DNA of 32,000 nt from Okeania sp. (GCF_035285525.1 NZ_JAYKGW010000168.1:30001-62000), one strand, 5' to 3'; positions 16,179 through 25,223 are shown, counted from the first letter of the stretch. The notes: generated from the sequence alone by a model not told the origin. Translations and numbers: made by a program.

Positions 16179-17987
16179 TCAGTTTTGCATGGGTAAAATT
16201 TTAGCGTTCAACCCATTATTCTGCAAAGTTCTTAATAGTTGATTAGCTTTATAACCACTCCGAAAAGCTCCTGCTTGCATTACAGATTTACCATTAATAT
16301 TAGTTGAAAAAGCATCTGGAACCAGCGATCGCAACCTAGACTCCTGATCAATATTACTGACATTGACAATTACCCTATAACGTAAACCTAAAGCTGCTGT
16401 AGGATTTTGAGAACTAGAATTTGAAGATAATCTAGACAAAGAACTAGGACTTTGATTTCTAGCAATAACTGGTGGCACATAACCTCCACTACCAAGGGGA
16501 ATATTTGCCGTCGGAACAGGTAATAAATCAAGAGAAGCAACAGGTGCGTTACTCTCATTACTTGGGGTATTTCTTGGAGGTAAATTTCGTAATCTTTCTG
16601 GTGTTTCAGTTTTTGGTCTATTCTGATAATCAGGATTAATTCGTATTATTCTTTGTGAATTTCTGCGACGGCTTGTGGTATTATTAGAGTCTATTCTCGC
16701 TCCTCTCTGGTTTTGTGGAGGTGGAACAGGGATAGTAATCACTTCTGAGTTAGAATTTCCCCTCGCTCCTCTCTGGTTTTGTGGAGGTGGAACAGGGATA
16801 GTAATCACTTTTGAGGTTGAATTTTCTGGTCTTGGTTGGGAAATAACACCACTAGATTTGCTCCGCTCCTCTGATTTTTCTATTGTTTTTGCCTGACTTA
16901 CATTTGAGGAAGAAGGAGCAACTCTCGGAGAAAGAGCAACTTTTCCATTCATGTCGATACTGCCATAATTACGATCACCCCCTAAAGAATTTCCATAAGC
17001 AGGAATAGTTTTACCTTCAACTTCGGAATAAATATCATACTTAAAATTATGACGGATAGTATTACGCCCAGGTTCTTGAGAATTACCTAAATCCGGTAGT
17101 GATTGAGCGATCGCCTTGACTCCATTTTGTCTATTATTTTCTATATAATTACCGCGTAAAGTTGGCTTTGCATTTCCTTGAACGATAATCCCATTTTGAT
17201 TTTCAATGAGACGATTTCCAATAATTTGGGGAGCAGAATCATCAGAAATATTAATTCCTACGCCAGTATTTTGAAAGAAATTATTTCTAATTTCTGGCTG
17301 AGAATTATCATAAATTGTTATCCCACTTCTGACATTATCATAAAAACTATTTTCTTGAATAATTGCCGTACTATTACCCACCACAGAAATTCCATTAAGA
17401 CGATTACCAGTGAAAGTATTTTTACTAATAAAAGAGCCATGAGATTCTATCAATAAACCATAACCTTGAGAATTAGGATTTGTGACAGTTACACCACTTA
17501 AAGTTGAGTCATTACCAGCAAAAATTGTAATATTTTGGCGATTTCTAGTCGGACTCTTAAAATTACCACCACCTTCAATTACAACATTTTTCCCACTATT
17601 AAAATAGTTACCTTTAATAGCAATTTTTGGCTGTAAAATCAAAGGAAAAACTTCACCTGTTTGTCTACTATAAGTTCCAGGAGCTAGTAAAATTGTGGTA
17701 TTAGGTCGAGCAATTTTCAGAGCATAAGTAATAGTTTGTAAAGGAGCAGTTTTAGTGCCATCTCCAAAATCTTTACCAATAGATGAACTAACATAAAGCA
17801 CATTCGTTTGAGAATTAGTTTGAGTTTCTGGAGATTGGGCAACTTTTTGTACTAATGGTACTGCCAAACTTGTAGAGGTAAATAACCCCAGTAAAGCTGT
17901 AGCTAAAAGAGGTGATAAATAGTTAATTTTACGCACTAAATTTGTTTGATTATTTTCTTGCCAAAAAAGGATAAATATTAGATTCAC
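16179..17987 (-). CDS. Secreted DUF1565 / right-handed beta-helix repeat protein with a C-terminal SPOR-like domain
   Basis: 602 aa from the GTG at 17987. A GTG at 17936 would give a cleaner signal peptide (MRKINYLSPLLATALLGLFTSTSLA). Repeated N..I..N...GI motifs suggest a parallel beta-helix. Next comes a Pro/Ser/Arg-rich linker. The C-terminus (YRVIVNV...AGAFRSGYKANQL...L..NGLNAKI) resembles SPOR domains. Confidence 0.75.
   Translation of the reverse strand: MNLIFILFWQENNQTNLVRKINYLSPLLATALLGLFTSTSLAVPLVQKVAQSPETQTNSQTNVLYVSSSIGKDFGDGTKTAPLQTITYALKIARPNTTILLAPGTYSRQTGEVFPLILQPKIAIKGNYFNSGKNVVIEGGGNFKSPTRNRQNITIFAGNDSTLSGVTVTNPNSQGYGLLIESHGSFISKNTFTGNRLNGISVVGNSTAIIQENSFYDNVRSGITIYDNSQPEIRNNFFQNTGVGINISDDSAPQIIGNRLIENQNGIIVQGNAKPTLRGNYIENNRQNGVKAIAQSLPDLGNSQEPGRNTIRHNFKYDIYSEVEGKTIPAYGNSLGGDRNYGSIDMNGKVALSPRVAPSSSNVSQAKTIEKSEERSKSSGVISQPRPENSTSKVITIPVPPPQNQRGARGNSNSEVITIPVPPPQNQRGARIDSNNTTSRRRNSQRIIRINPDYQNRPKTETPERLRNLPPRNTPSNESNAPVASLDLLPVPTANIPLGSGGYVPPVIARNQSPSSLSRLSSNSSSQNPTAALGLRYRVIVNVSNIDQESRLRSLVPDAFSTNINGKSVMQAGAFRSGYKANQLLRTLQNNGLNAKILPMQN
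16698..16810. repeat. 66-nt direct duplication in the linker of the beta-helix protein
   Basis: CGCTCCTCTCTGGTTTTGTGGAGGTGGAACAGGGATAGTAATCACTT occurs at 16698-16744 and 16764-16810. It encodes VITIPVPPPQNQRGAR twice. Confidence 0.85.
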
Positions 17988-18020
17988 GGCTTTCGTCCTA
18001 GGACACTGTGACAGACTATT

Positions 18021-18200
18021 TAGAGTTTGCTGAAAAATTCTGATGGTTGAAGTAGGGAGTAGGTAGTAATTAAGAATCAGGAGGAACAGGGAGTTATAGA
18101 ATAAGTCTTTATTATAGCCCCTTTATTTTTCTCTTTCATATTACCCCAAAATCCTAACTTTTTGATTTTTCGGGAACTGTGCTTTTTTTCACAGAAAAGC
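18021..18200. repeat. Second copy of the upstream element seen at 13981-14165
   Basis: Same ordered sequence blocks, directly upstream of the beta-helix gene start. Confidence 0.6.
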
Positions 18201-18398
18201 TGATACTTTTTCCATATCTAAAAAAGGCTAATATCATGTCCGAATAATCAATGATAAAAAACTTTTCCCTTTGAACCAATATTCCCTTCTACTTCCCCCC
18301 CTTTTTATGCCCTATGCTTTATAAACATCTTTCTTATAAAACTTGGGTATTATTGACAACTTATGGGTTAGTCTTGGTTCGGCTTTTTCTGGGATTAC

Positions 18399-18489
18399 AG
18401 GACTTACCCAAAGGTACTATATGTAGAGTTAAAAAACTATGGCGCCATAGTTTTAAGCGCTATATCTAGGGTCGCTGCGTAAGCTCTGA
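18399..18489. mobile_element. MITE-like element, AGGACTTACGCA family (~91 bp)
   Basis: Termini are AGGACTTACCCA and TGCGTAAGCTCT. The interior holds the perfect palindrome AAAACTATGGCGCCATAGTTTT. Confidence 0.75.
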
Positions 18490-18557
18490 TTATTTAAGTA
18501 TTTTTACTTAGCTAGCATGATTGTTTCTCCCTTCTCCCCTGCTAAGAGCTCCCCCTT

Positions 18558-18683
18558 CCCCTCCTGGGAGGGGCTAGGGCTGAGTCCCACAAGGGTTTCA
18601 GGAGTTATGGGTAAGGGATATCCCTCCTGGGAGGGGCTAGGGCTGAGTCCCACAAGTTTTTCAGAAGTTATGGGTAAGGGATA
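18558..18683. repeat. 63-nt tandem duplication
   Basis: The two units begin near 18558 and 18621 and differ at only a few positions. Unit sequence is CCCTCCTGGGAGGGGCTAGGGCTGAGTCCCACAAG..TTTCAG.AGTTATGGGTAAGGGATA, a variant of the element found in tamB. Confidence 0.85.
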
Positions 18684-18905
18684 GCTTTCACTTGTGGGGT
18701 AGGGGGGATTGTCTCTGTGTTCCTCTGAAGTGTAACTATTTAACCGATACTTTTTCTGTCAATACTTTTAGATTTAATCAGCAAGCCCTCTTCAATTATT
18801 ATATATAGTTTGATAATAGGGGGTAGGGGTTTAAACCAAAGGGGGTAATAGTTCTACTCCATAAGCAGTAATTTTGTAAGCATTTCCTACAGAATGCTAC
18901 GCAAA

Positions 18906-18933
18906 CAGCCATCAGCTATTAGCTATCAGCTAG
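18906..18933. repeat. Heptamer array CAGCCAT CAGCTAT TAGCTAT CAGCTAG
   Basis: Read directly. Confidence 0.7.
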
Positions 18934-19358
18934 GAATATCTTTCTTGCGTTGAAAGACAATAACCGGAATTTTGAAAGAGTAAATAAATATATTTTCTAT
19001 CGGCTCCATCTCCCCACCTAATTTTATTCCGATATATAGAATTCGGTTATATAGAACCCCTAACTGTATCTTTAGTTTTTTTTGCCAAAGAAGTTAAGTC
19101 AGGAGTCAACCCACCCCTAACCCTGACCGTGGAGGGGAAATAAGGAAAAAGCTAGAATTAGAGCCTTATATTCACCATCTCCCCATCTCCCCATCTAATT
19201 TTAGAGACCCATTTAGGGGTTCTATACAGCAAATTTCCGGCATTAAGATGTACAGGGTAAATGGTGAAAACATTGCAGTGCGGTCCGGAAAGCCTGCGCA
19301 GGTGTACCTCATAAAAATGGAAAGCGCTGTAGTATGTGTTGATAATTCTATAATTATG

Positions 19359-19450
19359 AGGACTTAGGTGGCAGCCATAGATATAGTGCTTAAAACTCTG
19401 GCGCCATAGTTTTTTAACTCTATATATAGTACCTCCCATGTAAGTCCTGA
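19359..19450. mobile_element. MITE-like element, AGGACTTACGCA family, interior inverted relative to 18399-18489
   Basis: Termini are AGGACTTAGGTG and CATGTAAGTCCT. The interior contains CTGGCGCCATAGTTTTTTAACTC. Confidence 0.75.
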
Positions 19451-19470
19451 TTATTTTAATCTACCCTATC

Positions 19471-19518
19471 TCCCCTACTCCCCTACTCCCCTACTCCCCC
19501 ACTCCCCTACTCTCTCAC
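19471..19518. repeat. Octamer array (TCCCCTAC), about six units
   Basis: Read directly. It is the complement-type relative of the GGGAGTA arrays. Confidence 0.75.
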
Positions 19519-19697
19519 TCCTTAATAGGTGTACCACACTAAGATAAAATCCCCTGTAAATGTTAAGAAGTGTCATAAAACAATTTATATTAGTAACAAA
19601 ATTTGTCTTGGTTTGCCTCCCAAATATCTGAGTGACCAAGATTATAGTTATGGTTGATAAACACAAACTTAGGATTAAAACTTATAGGATAATTTTT

Positions 19698-20780
19698 ATG
19701 GGCGATCAATATAATGGGGATAAAAATGTGCAACCTGCCGTTCGGCGAATTTTAGATGCCAATTTAGATAGGGCGCGGGAAGGACTGAGAATTATTGAAG
19801 AATGGTGTCGCTTTGGCCTTAATAGTGTTAATTTGGCCAATGAATGTAAACTATTACGTCAAGAAATTGGGAGCTGGCATGGCACAGAATTAAGAATGTC
19901 CCGCAATACTCCTGGAGACCCTGGTACGGAATTAACTCATCCACAAGAGGAACACCGTTCAGATGTGCAACAACTACTACAAGTTAATTTCTGTCGTTTA
20001 GAAGAAGCGCTCAGAGTTCTAGAAGAATATGGAAAAATTTATAATTCTCAGATGGCTTCTGCTTGTAAACAAATACGTTATCGAGTTTATACTATCGAAA
20101 GTGGGATTCTTGCCTATCAGAGAAATCAACAACTCCAAAACTCTTACTTATATCTTGTCACCTCACCCCAAGAAAAATTAACTGATATAGTAGAAGCTGC
20201 TCTTCAGGGAGGATTAACTCTTGTCCAATATCGGAATAAAACCGCAAATGATGTAAGAAAGTTAACAGAAGCTCAGGAACTTTGTCAAATGTGCCGTCGC
20301 TATGGCGCTCTATTTATTATTAATGACCGAGTAGACTTAGCGATCGCTGTTGATGCAGATGGAGTTCATCTGGGACAAGAGGATATACCTGTTAATTTGG
20401 CTAGACAACTCCTTGGTCCCCAGAAACTGATTGGTCGTTCGACCACAAATCCAGAAGAAATGAAGCGAGCAATCGAGGAAAAAGCCGATTATATTGGAGT
20501 CGGACCAGTATATGAAACTCCGACTAAAGCAGGTAAAGCAGCAGCAGGTTTAGAATATATTAGTTATGCTGTGAAAAATTGTCCGATTCCTTGGTTTGCT
20601 ATTGGTGGAATTGATATGCAAAACTGTGATGAAGTTCTATCTGGTGGTGCCGAGCGTGTCTCCGTAGTTAGGGCGATTATGGAGGCAGAGCAACCAACTT
20701 TGGTAACTCAATATTTTCTGTCTCAATTAAATCGTTATCAAACTCTACGCTCTCATAATATATTACCGGAAAAAATCTAG
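19698..20780 (+). CDS. thiE: Thiamine-phosphate synthase with a ~150-aa N-terminal extension
   Basis: The C-terminal ~210 aa carry ThiE motifs (LYLVTS, VQYRNK, INDRVDLA..DGVHLGQED, IGRST, DYIGVGPVYET.TK, PWFAIGGI). The ORF is open from the GTG at 19632. I prefer the ATG at 19698 (MGDQYNG...), but that choice is uncertain. Confidence 0.85.
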   Translation: MGDQYNGDKNVQPAVRRILDANLDRAREGLRIIEEWCRFGLNSVNLANECKLLRQEIGSWHGTELRMSRNTPGDPGTELTHPQEEHRSDVQQLLQVNFCRLEEALRVLEEYGKIYNSQMASACKQIRYRVYTIESGILAYQRNQQLQNSYLYLVTSPQEKLTDIVEAALQGGLTLVQYRNKTANDVRKLTEAQELCQMCRRYGALFIINDRVDLAIAVDADGVHLGQEDIPVNLARQLLGPQKLIGRSTTNPEEMKRAIEEKADYIGVGPVYETPTKAGKAAAGLEYISYAVKNCPIPWFAIGGIDMQNCDEVLSGGAERVSVVRAIMEAEQPTLVTQYFLSQLNRYQTLRSHNILPEKI

Positions 20781-20791
20781 GTTACATAGGA

Positions 20792-21007
20792 ATGTCAAAT
20801 AAAATAACACTTAAGGTTAATGGAGAAACTCGCACCTGTTTACCCCAGACTCTTCTACCAAATTTTCTGGAAGAGTTGGGGTTAAACCCGCGTTTGGTAG
20901 CTGTGGAATATAACGGTGAGATTCTCCATAGACAATTTTGGGATGAAACTGAAATGCAATCGGGAGATAAATTGGAAATAGTTACTATTGTAGGAGGAGG
21001 TGTATAG
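20792..21007 (+). CDS. thiS: Sulfur-carrier protein ThiS
   Basis: 71 aa, starting 11 nt after thiE. Has the ThiS pattern (.VNGE......TL...L..LG......VAVE.NGEI..R..W.......GD.LEIVT.VGGG). It ends GGGV, one residue past the Gly run. Confidence 0.85.
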   Translation: MSNKITLKVNGETRTCLPQTLLPNFLEELGLNPRLVAVEYNGEILHRQFWDETEMQSGDKLEIVTIVGGGV

Positions 21008-21022
21008 GATTTGCGTCAGGAG

Positions 21023-21050
21023 CCAGAATCCAGAATCCAGAAGTCAGTAG
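21023..21050. repeat. Heptamer array CCAGAAT CCAGAAT CCAGAAG TCAGTAG
   Basis: Read directly, 16 nt after the thiS stop. Confidence 0.75.
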
Positions 21051-21076
21051 GAATGGGAATTATAGAAGAGTCATTT

Positions 21077-21097
21077 CAGTTATCAGTTATCAGTAGA
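21077..21097. repeat. Heptamer array CAGTTAT CAGTTAT CAGTAGA
   Basis: Read directly. Same unit as at 8046-8066. Confidence 0.75.
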
Positions 21098-21102
21098 GAG
21101 TG

Positions 21103-21126
21103 AACCTCCGACTAAAGTCGGAGGTT
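21103..21126 (+). terminator. Hairpin AACCTCCGAC-TAAA-GTCGGAGGTT, a possible thiS terminator or a dispersed hairpin repeat
   Basis: 10-bp perfect stem with a 4-nt loop, 96 nt downstream of thiS. The downstream T-run is weak (TTTGAAAT). Confidence 0.35.
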
Positions 21127-21280
21127 TGAAATACTTACTTAAAAGCGGTGTTACTGAATTAAGAGATGAATATAGCAGACTCCAAGCATAAGAAGTACAG
21201 ATTTAACTATTAAATCCCACTACCATGTTTTCACCATTCACCCTGTACCTCATTTGTCTGAAATTTGCTGTATCAATTAC

Positions 21281-21377
21281 AGGACTTACGCAGCAACCCT
21301 AGATATGGTTCTTAAAACTATTGCACAATAGTTTTTTTACTATATATATATATATATTACCTTTGCGTAAGTCCTGA
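21281..21377. mobile_element. MITE-like element with perfect 12-bp termini AGGACTTACGCA / TGCGTAAGTCCT
   Basis: Termini at 21281-21292 and 21365-21376. The interior resembles the 18399 copy and holds an expanded (TA)n run at about 21343-21358. Confidence 0.8.
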
Positions 21378-21395
21378 ATTATTAATTATTAATTT

Positions 21396-21561
21396 AGGAC
21401 TTACCCATGGACGCTATCTGTAGTAAGGTGCGTTTTGCGTTCCGCAAAGCTCCGCTTTATATGTCGGCTCAAGCGCCGAAACGCTACGCGACATTAAAAG
21501 CGTATCTCGTAACTGAGCAAGACTCTATATATAGCACCTAGTACCTTTGCGTAAGTCCTGA
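21396..21561. mobile_element. Long (~165 bp) subfamily of the AGGACTTAC... MITE
   Basis: Termini are AGGACTTACCCA and TGCGTAAGTCCT. The interior (GGTGCGTTTTGCGTTCCGCAAAGCTCCGCTTTATATGTCGGC...) is colinear with the copy at 29603-29757. Confidence 0.75.
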
Positions 21562-21566
21562 ATTTT

Positions 21567-21608
21567 AATTATTAATTATTAATTATTAATTATTAATTAT
21601 CAATTATC
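21567..21608. repeat. Heptamer array (AATTATT)4 (AATTATC)2
   Basis: Six 7-nt units read directly. The TAA stop (21604-21606, minus strand) of the GTPase gene lies in the last unit. Confidence 0.85.
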
Positions 21609-22926
21609 TCCTAAACCTTTCCTTTGCTGACTCAAATGCCTCCCGCATAACTCCCTGAATTTTATCAGGATCTGGCTTTTTTCCTCCCATCAAATCTCCA
21701 AAATAAACACAAGCACTTTCACCCAACGCCCAAGTATAGGTAGCTGCCCAAGAAGCAGCGATCGCGCTCCCAAACCCAGGCACAAATTTAATCAACTCTC
21801 TTCCCACGGCTTGAGCAACAAAACCCCCACCGATAGCACTAACAATTCCACCTGCTTGAGAAGGCGAAATTGTTTGCCCATAGAAATTTCCCAATAAACC
21901 CACCATCGACACTTGCAACGCTGTCAATACTGGCATTGTGGCAAAAGGCAAAGGTACTGCTGCCACGGTAGCTGCCATAATAGTAAACGATAAAATGTAA
22001 CGCCTCCCCACATCTCGGTAAATATTCCCTAGTTGTTTGCTTGCTTCCTCATCCAATAATTGATGAATAGTTCGCGCTTCTGCTTCTGGCAACAATTCTG
22101 CTAAACTATCTCGAAAAGCTTCTAAACCATAAAATACTGGGTTATAGCCATCCTCTTCCAGAGTAAAGTCAAGCAAAACAGAACTATTATACAAGTCACG
22201 AAAATCTTCCTGAATAGCAGCAAAAGAGCGATTAACTTCCTCATATTCTGGAGGATATTCAGGATGATCGTCCGTAGAGTTAGGATAAACTTCGTGGAGA
22301 CAAGTTACTGCTAATAAACAAGGAATATTAGGATATTCTTGTTGCAACTGTTGGGAAATTTGTCGTAAAGTATCCGTGGCAAAATCATTAATTTTGACTG
22401 TCAAAATCAAAATTCTAGCACGGTTGCTTTCCTGTTGCAACTCTCCCAAAAGTTCCTCAATAATAACCGGAGTTTCCTGTTTCACATCTCCCAACCCCAC
22501 AGTATCGGTAAAAATTAACAACGGCAAATCCTCAGAAGGATAAGCATAACGTTCCGTGTGTTTAGTGTGGGGGCGAAAACCTTGGCCGATTATTTCTGGA
22601 GAAACCCCTGTTAAACCACGAACTATGGAACTTTTACCAGTTTGGGGTTTACCGATTAAAATAGCTTCAGTCGTAGGAAGTTCAGCGCGTACTTTTGCCA
22701 ATATTTCAGCAACTTGAGCTTCATCGACGCTAAACCATTTCGTTACTGTTTGTGCTGCCCGATCTACAGGGAAAAGTTTGGTGAGACGGTTGCTGGTATC
22801 ATAGAAAATTCCACCGATCCGATGTTGCCAAGAATCTTTTTTTGACTCTGTTTTGACATCTTCAGTCGGGCGATCGGACTTTTCGGAATTAAGTTTTGGG
22901 GAGTTAGTATCGGGTTGTTCAGTCAT
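21604..22926 (-). CDS. P-loop GTPase fused to a C-terminal DUF697-type membrane domain (YcjF-like)
   Basis: 440 aa with an ATG start. G1 motif GKPQTGKSS and G3 motif DTVGLGD. The hydrophobic Gly/Ala-rich C-terminal ~130 aa (ILSFTIMAATVAAVPLPFATMPVLTALQVSMVGLLG...) are typical of DUF697 as I recall it. Confidence 0.75.
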   Translation of the reverse strand: MTEQPDTNSPKLNSEKSDRPTEDVKTESKKDSWQHRIGGIFYDTSNRLTKLFPVDRAAQTVTKWFSVDEAQVAEILAKVRAELPTTEAILIGKPQTGKSSIVRGLTGVSPEIIGQGFRPHTKHTERYAYPSEDLPLLIFTDTVGLGDVKQETPVIIEELLGELQQESNRARILILTVKINDFATDTLRQISQQLQQEYPNIPCLLAVTCLHEVYPNSTDDHPEYPPEYEEVNRSFAAIQEDFRDLYNSSVLLDFTLEEDGYNPVFYGLEAFRDSLAELLPEAEARTIHQLLDEEASKQLGNIYRDVGRRYILSFTIMAATVAAVPLPFATMPVLTALQVSMVGLLGNFYGQTISPSQAGGIVSAIGGGFVAQAVGRELIKFVPGFGSAIAASWAATYTWALGESACVYFGDLMGGKKPDPDKIQGVMREAFESAKERFRR

Positions 22927-22987
22927 TGCAGTTCAGTTATTAATTCAGTAGTAAAATCAATTATTATCCATAAATTATAAATTTTTT

Positions 22988-23016
22988 CCCTGCTAGGAGG
23001 GGTTAGGGGTGGGTTT
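22988..23016. repeat. Intergenic copy of CCCTGCTAGGAGGGGTTAGGGGTGGGTTT
   Basis: It shares the GGAGGGGTTAGGGGTGGGTT core with the tamB internal copies. It sits nested inside a partial TAGACATCTCCA-type element (about 22948-23058). Confidence 0.8.
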
Positions 23017-23090
23017 CCTATTCCATTTTTCCTATTTCATCTTTCCTAGAGATGTCTAAAGATCGAGGCAATAAACCTGGTTTATTCTCA

Positions 23091-25223
23091 TTATTTAGTC
23101 TTTTGCCAATCTTCCAATGCTGCAATAACAAAACTACTTGCAGGATGATTTAGGAATTGTTCAAAGGCAGCAACTCCACCTGCTTTTATAGCATTGAATA
23201 TTCTTTCTGCTTTAGTTGGATTATTATCTATTTGTGTAATTACTTCTTCAGCAATTTTCACTTTGCCTGGCATTGTATCTGACGGGTAAGTTTCATCAAG
23301 TTGCTCTAATAATTCTTGAATATCTTTTGCTGCTTGTGCTAAATTTTGTTCTTGAGATTCGTAAATTGTACCAGCAATTTTTGAGTCTTTAATTTCTCCT
23401 TTATTACTACCCACACCATAACTTCCTCCTTTGTTGGCAACTGCTCCATCAATTTGATGAGCATGAATGTGGTCTCCACTACTTTCTGACATAATTAAAT
23501 TTCCTTTATTACTATTATTTTCTATATTAACACTAGGGCGATGAACTGCTGCACTTAACACACCTTTATACCATTCAATATCTTTTTCTTTCTCTGCCAA
23601 TACTGCTAGAAGTTGTTCTTCTGAAAGTGCTTTTAAGTTGTTGTAAGTATCGAAATATTCTTTATCTAATACTGAATGGTTAGCTTCAGGTTTAGTATCA
23701 GCTCTAATCAATAATTTGTCGTTATTTTCCCCGCGAACTTCCATAGAACGCATTTTTATTTCTGCTTCTGGATGGTCTTTTTGTAGTTTCTCAAATGAAT
23801 ATGCAGCTATTCGGGGGTCTACTCCTTGATTATGATAAAGGTCTAAGATATTTACTAAAGGTTTGATAAATTCTGTAAACTCTCCTTCTTCAAAATTTTT
23901 ATCTTCATCGGCAGGTTTTCGACGCACGCGCTCATCCAAACTTTCTTCTGGTGGAAGTTTGAGAAAGTCTGGTCGTTTATCTGGAGGCAGACGCATATAA
24001 ACATAATCGCATTTGATACCATCTAGTTTAGTTGTGGTTGTTATCCCCCAGTCTTCAAGAAAAGCTCCGGTTAAGGTTGCTCCTGTGAGGTTAGCTTGGT
24101 CTAAAAATGTTCCTACTAATTTTGCACGAGAGAGGTTTGCATCTTGAAGGTTAGCTGAGTTGAGGTTCGCTTCTATGAAACTGGCGTTAGTTAGGTTTGC
24201 TCCCTCGATATCTATTCCTTGGAGGTCAAAGCGATCTAAATTGATGTTTTCACCTTGACCTGTTTTTACTAACTCTCTGACTTTGGCATCTTTTAGATAA
24301 GTTTTTCCAGGTCGTATGTAGTCTAGTTTTATAGTGTTTTTCCAACAAGTACGGATTATCTCAGTTCCTGTAAAATCTGTACCTTTGAGAGTAGCATTAG
24401 TAAAGTCAGCATCAGTTAAATTGGCATCTCTGAAAGATGTTCCACCTACAGCAGCAAAAGTAAGAGCTGCATTACGCAGAAAAACGTATCTTTCATCTCC
24501 TTTAATTGCTTGATAAGCAACATAAGCACTTAAAAGTGTTTGGAATAAGGTTATAACTCCAGCCATGGCTCCCAGGAAGGCGAAACTTATGACCAATACG
24601 AAGACAAATGCAACCGCTCCTGCTAAGGCTAATATCAAAGCTAATATAAAGCCGTACATTCCAGAGACAGTTTCGGTGAAGGCAAAAGCTCCGGAAAAGA
24701 CAAAAGCGACACCGACTGCTGCGGCTAATGAACTGAGGAAAGCGGGAATTCCGGCGCTGGCTATCTTCCAGAGGAATATTCCGGCCAATAGCACAGCCCC
24801 AGCGAATGTGGCAGCAACTGGTTCACTTGATTTTTCTATCCCTTCACAAATAAACGTTATCCAAAATATAATAATTACAACTAAGGATACCCAAGCAGCA
24901 ATTGGCTGCTCGACACTATTTTGAAAATTAAGTAATATAAAAGCTGAAACTAATACATTCAAAAAAACTGATACACTAAATAAAACAAAAACACCAACAA
25001 GCAAAACTACTATCTGGGATTTCTGTAACCCTGCCTTAGCTCCACAAAACTTAGCTCCCGTTAGCTTTGCCCCACTAAAATTAGTACCCCGAAGATCGGC
25101 AAAACTGAAATCTGCACCAGACAAATTTTCCTCCTGAAAAGACAGACCTCTAAGATTAGCTCCTTGGAAATTTAGCTCACCTTGTGAGTATAGTTGCAAT
25201 ATTTCACGTTGACGCCGATTCAT
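23091..25223 (-). CDS. Pentapeptide-repeat membrane protein with a ~300-aa C-terminal soluble region
   Basis: 710 aa with an ATG start. Pentapeptide repeats (A(D/N)L.G) occupy aa ~20-65 and ~250-400. About six hydrophobic helices lie between them (aa ~70-245). The C-terminus ends in a helical module (EQNLAQAAKDIQELLEQLDETYP...NPTKAERIFNAIKAGGVAAFEQFLNHP) that I recall recurring in cyanobacterial pentapeptide proteins. Confidence 0.85.
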   Translation of the reverse strand: MNRRQREILQLYSQGELNFQGANLRGLSFQEENLSGADFSFADLRGTNFSGAKLTGAKFCGAKAGLQKSQIVVLLVGVFVLFSVSVFLNVLVSAFILLNFQNSVEQPIAAWVSLVVIIIFWITFICEGIEKSSEPVAATFAGAVLLAGIFLWKIASAGIPAFLSSLAAAVGVAFVFSGAFAFTETVSGMYGFILALILALAGAVAFVFVLVISFAFLGAMAGVITLFQTLLSAYVAYQAIKGDERYVFLRNAALTFAAVGGTSFRDANLTDADFTNATLKGTDFTGTEIIRTCWKNTIKLDYIRPGKTYLKDAKVRELVKTGQGENINLDRFDLQGIDIEGANLTNASFIEANLNSANLQDANLSRAKLVGTFLDQANLTGATLTGAFLEDWGITTTTKLDGIKCDYVYMRLPPDKRPDFLKLPPEESLDERVRRKPADEDKNFEEGEFTEFIKPLVNILDLYHNQGVDPRIAAYSFEKLQKDHPEAEIKMRSMEVRGENNDKLLIRADTKPEANHSVLDKEYFDTYNNLKALSEEQLLAVLAEKEKDIEWYKGVLSAAVHRPSVNIENNSNKGNLIMSESSGDHIHAHQIDGAVANKGGSYGVGSNKGEIKDSKIAGTIYESQEQNLAQAAKDIQELLEQLDETYPSDTMPGKVKIAEEVITQIDNNPTKAERIFNAIKAGGVAAFEQFLNHPASSFVIAALEDWQKTK

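Noticed and set aside
19270-19300. GGTCCGGAAAGC resembling an SRP-RNA core or a TCCGGA (DIF) heterocyst promoter motif
   Set aside because: The segment is one copy of a dispersed repeat; compare 9640-9700. The match to 4.5S RNA is only a few bases, and the TCCGGA has no appropriately spaced -10 box or downstream gene.
19158-19666. Minus-strand ORFs of 93 and 63 aa
   Set aside because: They lie entirely on MITE sequence, dispersed repeats and the TCCCCTAC octamer array, and the second overlaps the thiE upstream region. They are repeat read-through.
19450-19697. TPP riboswitch upstream of thiE
   Set aside because: No conserved TPP aptamer elements could be found (a CUGAGA bulge paired with an ACCUGAUCUGGAUAAUGCCAGCG-like pyrimidine-sensor helix). 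Only an isolated CTGAG is present.
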